DNA of 64,000 nucleotides from an uncultured bacterium (GTDB taxonomy: Bacteria; Babelota; Babeliae; Babelales; Babelaceae), in assembly GCA_963824495.1 (NCBI GenBank), contig CAWGPQ010000006.1, positions 96,001 through 160,000 on the forward strand. Reading direction: 5' to 3'. Each line of letters begins with the position of its first letter. Position 1 is the first letter of the stretch. The translations under genes and the position numbers were made by a program. Below, piece by piece: positions 61,284 to 64,000 of this stretch. The notes under the pieces are model-generated. The model was not told where the DNA came from. It was given only the letters and a program-made list of their open reading frames with translations, and did no database searches.

Positions 61284-62390
61284 ATGTCAAATAGATCGCA
61301 TAATGCATATGTAGTACTTGGGTTACTCACGTTAAGTCAAATTCCTTTAACACATTCTATGGAGGGTAATCGCTTTGCACAGCTTAACCCTTATGTTCTC
61401 GCTGGTATTGGTACCTCATGGATTGCCATAGCTGCTGGTGTCGTTAAGTATATAGATAGTGCTCGGGTGCTTGATGCTCAACAAGCAGCTCGTGAAAACG
61501 ATGAAAAGTTATTAGTTGAGCTTTCATATACCCTTGCACAGCTTAATAAAGACTACGCTGAAGTGCTTAAGCTCACAGATAGTTATAGTTATACAGAAGA
61601 TATAATCGTAAAGATTATTGAAATTGCTACTAAATCTGTAACGATAGATACCTATAGAGAAAGTCTTCAAGAAGATCTTAAAAAGTTAATTAAAGCCCAA
61701 ACGCAGATCAAGCTGATTATAGGTAATAATGAAACACCTCATGAAGCAACTAGAGAGTACGCACAGCAGGTGCTTGTGTTGCTTGATAAGGTTATAGCAA
61801 GACTGTCCAGTCTTGACCAGGTTATTGCTCATGAAGCTAACTTTATGCAACTGTATTCTATGAACAGAAAGTATACGTGCATGTATACTGACGAGTTACG
61901 ACTGTATGCTCTTTATGAAGATAGTGAGTCAGAAGATTATCTGAAAGAGCTCATGAATAGTATTTTAGTTCGCACAGATCACGTAATGCGTGTTTATCCC
62001 GTTCTTGATTATATGGCAATGCTTATGTGTGATATGCAGGCTATTAACAAAGCAATAAGCTTATTGCGAACGCAGTCTTCGTATCAAACTAATCTTGCTC
62101 ATCAAGAACTTGTGCATCGTGCTGAATATCTGGTAAAAGCGCTCCAGAAAGCTCATACGAGTATTGCTCTTACTGAGCAATTTGCTAGAGATCGTGTACA
62201 GAAAGAGCAATCGACATGCCAGCAAAAGCTTGCTGATGCTGAGCAAAAAATTAAGATGTGCTCTGCAGAAAAGCAAGAACTAGAAGACCGAATCAAATTT
62301 CTGCGATCTGAAAACACTGCTCAATTTATAGAAAATATGAAATTAAAATTAGATTATCAAGCAAGACCGGGGTATAGGTTTAAAGCTTAA
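61284..62390 (+). CDS. Exported/membrane-anchored coiled-coil orphan protein
   Basis: Signal ends THS|MEG; NPYVLAGI hydrophobic segment; paralog of the next gene ([18 protein letters not shown]). Confidence 0.75.
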   Translation: MSNRSHNAYVVLGLLTLSQIPLTHSMEGNRFAQLNPYVLAGIGTSWIAIAAGVVKYIDSARVLDAQQAARENDEKLLVELSYTLAQLNKDYAEVLKLTDSYSYTEDIIVKIIEIATKSVTIDTYRESLQEDLKKLIKAQTQIKLIIGNNETPHEATREYAQQVLVLLDKVIARLSSLDQVIAHEANFMQLYSMNRKYTCMYTDELRLYALYEDSESEDYLKELMNSILVRTDHVMRVYPVLDYMAMLMCDMQAINKAISLLRTQSSYQTNLAHQELVHRAEYLVKALQKAHTSIALTEQFARDRVQKEQSTCQQKLADAEQKIKMCSAEKQELEDRIKFLRSENTAQFIENMKLKLDYQARPGYRFKA

Positions 62391-62404
62391 AATATCAAGA
62401 AGGA

Positions 62405-63862
62405 ATGCGCCAAGTGATACGTAATGTTTTCTTATGTACAAGTATGATGGTGCTGCTCATGCAGCCATATTGTAGGTCGTGCGACACCACCTCAAACCCT
62501 TATGTGCTTACAGGCATAGCATCAGCAGGTGTTGCTGCAGCAGTAGGTTTGTTTAAGTATATCGGTGATACCACAACACTTCAGCGCCTTAAAATGGAAC
62601 ACGATGCTCAACAAGTAACACGAGTTTCACATGAGCAAGGGTTAATTAGACTGTCTAATACTATCATGGAGCTTAAGGCTCATTATGCCGAAGCGTGTAA
62701 GATAGCTGCTCAGCCATATAGTGAAGAGATGGTTCTCAAGCTGGCAGAGCACGTTATTCCAAAAGCAGAATTGACTGGCTCCATAACTCTCCGTGCTCTT
62801 GAAGCGCATCTTAAAACATTAAAAGACTTTAAAGAATTAACTGTTATTATTGACAAGCACGCGAAACTCAGTTCAGAATACCGAGACTTGGTGCTCTATG
62901 CCCAGCCACTACTACCTGAGCTTGATAATCTTATAGAACAGCTACATATCTTACATGACGTGCTAACGCATGAAGCTGGCTTTATACAGCTATACTACGA
63001 AATCAGTAAAGAATATGCCCAAAAATATGCTGCCGAAATTCAACTATATGCCCAACATGCTCAGGACATAACTCCATCCGATCAATATCTTAAAGAATTA
63101 ATGCTGCTTGTTTTAATGCGTATGGATCAAATAAAACATGTGTATCCGGTACTTGACTACATGGCAGAACTTACGCACGATATACAATCTATTAAGAAGG
63201 CATTGAGTGCAGTACAAGCTCAAGCATTGTATAACAGTTTGCCTCTTCATAAGCACCTTGTAAGTTCAGCAGAAAACTTAGTAACAGCTTTGACAAAAAC
63301 GCGTGATGTTATGAGTGTCAGTGAGCGGTTTAATCATGATCGAGTTGAAAAAGAGCAGTCGGTAAGTTTACAAAAAACTGCTGATGCAGAGATGCGCAAA
63401 GCCCAAGCAGAAGAAATGCGTCTTCGTGCTAAAGAGCAAGAAGTAGCCGAACTTAAACGCCAAAATCAGCTTAACGAACGAGCTCTTGTTGCCAAAGAGC
63501 ATGAGATAAGGCTGGGTGTGTTATTTGAGCCGGAGCGTCAACGCTTAGCACAGGAAGCAAGCACGTGGCAGGCAAGCTATCAAAAAATAGCTCATGAAAA
63601 AGAGGAGCTTGGCAAGAGCTTTGCAGCCCTTAATAACGTTTACATAGATACTCATGAGAAATTTAAACAACTAAAAGAAGCCCACAAGAAGCTTGATGCC
63701 CGTGATTATCAACTACGCACTCAACTCATGCACCTTCTTCAAGCTTTGGCGGCCAAACTTAATGCCCCACCAGTTAATCCTGAAACCGTTGTGTATTTGA
63801 GAGAATACTTGAATAGCTTGCTACAGCTTGTTAACCAAGCACACATCGAAGTTAACCGTTAA
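62405..63862 (+). CDS. Exported/membrane-anchored coiled-coil orphan protein
   Basis: [26 protein letters not shown]; longer C-terminal coiled coil. Confidence 0.75.
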   Translation: MRQVIRNVFLCTSMMVLLMQPYCRSCDTTSNPYVLTGIASAGVAAAVGLFKYIGDTTTLQRLKMEHDAQQVTRVSHEQGLIRLSNTIMELKAHYAEACKIAAQPYSEEMVLKLAEHVIPKAELTGSITLRALEAHLKTLKDFKELTVIIDKHAKLSSEYRDLVLYAQPLLPELDNLIEQLHILHDVLTHEAGFIQLYYEISKEYAQKYAAEIQLYAQHAQDITPSDQYLKELMLLVLMRMDQIKHVYPVLDYMAELTHDIQSIKKALSAVQAQALYNSLPLHKHLVSSAENLVTALTKTRDVMSVSERFNHDRVEKEQSVSLQKTADAEMRKAQAEEMRLRAKEQEVAELKRQNQLNERALVAKEHEIRLGVLFEPERQRLAQEASTWQASYQKIAHEKEELGKSFAALNNVYIDTHEKFKQLKEAHKKLDARDYQLRTQLMHLLQALAAKLNAPPVNPETVVYLREYLNSLLQLVNQAHIEVNR

Positions 63863-64000
63863 CCGTTAAGAGCTGATAACTTTTTGAGTATAAAGGCTTC
63901 TTTGGCTCGCATGCGGCGATAATCATGATCTTCAATATGATCGTAGCCTAAAAGGTGACAGATACCGTGTACTAATAGTACACGCATACGTTGCTGGAAT
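63859..64000 (-). CDS. ybeY: rRNA maturation endoribonuclease YbeY (3' part only)
   Basis: Manual translation ...[29 protein letters not shown]...LNG*, the HGxxHLLGYDH signature. Confidence 0.92.
   Translation of the reverse strand, partial: FQQRMRVLLVHGICHLLGYDHIEDHDYRRMRAKEAFILKKLSALNG

Overview
Bacterial chromosome segment using the standard genetic code. By inference it comes from an intracellular parasite of protists, most like Candidatus Dependentiae/Babeliales: housekeeping genes alternate with many signal-peptide orphan genes and ankyrin genes. Core genes are atpD/atpC, a HerA-like ATPase, lon, tyrS, a TrmH/RlmB methylase, ftsA/ftsZ/pgeF, mscL, secA, galE, hisS and a partial ybeY. 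Roughly half the window is a lineage-specific exported-protein repertoire built by duplication and domain shuffling: (i) an alpha/beta-hydrolase family with two catalytically intact members and a tandem trio of pseudo-hydrolases carrying variable helical C-terminal cargo, one ending in an Atg8/LC3-type W-x-x-L motif; (ii) an 8-gene minus-strand array (44.5-55.1 kb) in which most genes share a ~60-aa 'RDxLxxLYxxLP'-type helical module, including a polyproline plus dead-J-domain protein; (iii) an unrecognised ~80-aa Trp/Tyr repeat shared by a six-repeat protein and an HEXXH metallopeptidase; (iv) five tiny hydrophilic genes after secA, three of which carry a GsiB/KGG-like motif extended by H-R-C-R-G-x-x-C. 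Predicted mature N-termini of exported proteins mostly fall into Met+1 and Gln+1 classes. Several accessory genes are broken by single in-frame stops. No rRNA, tRNA, CRISPR array or transposase was recognised. All calls are by eye; no searches were run.
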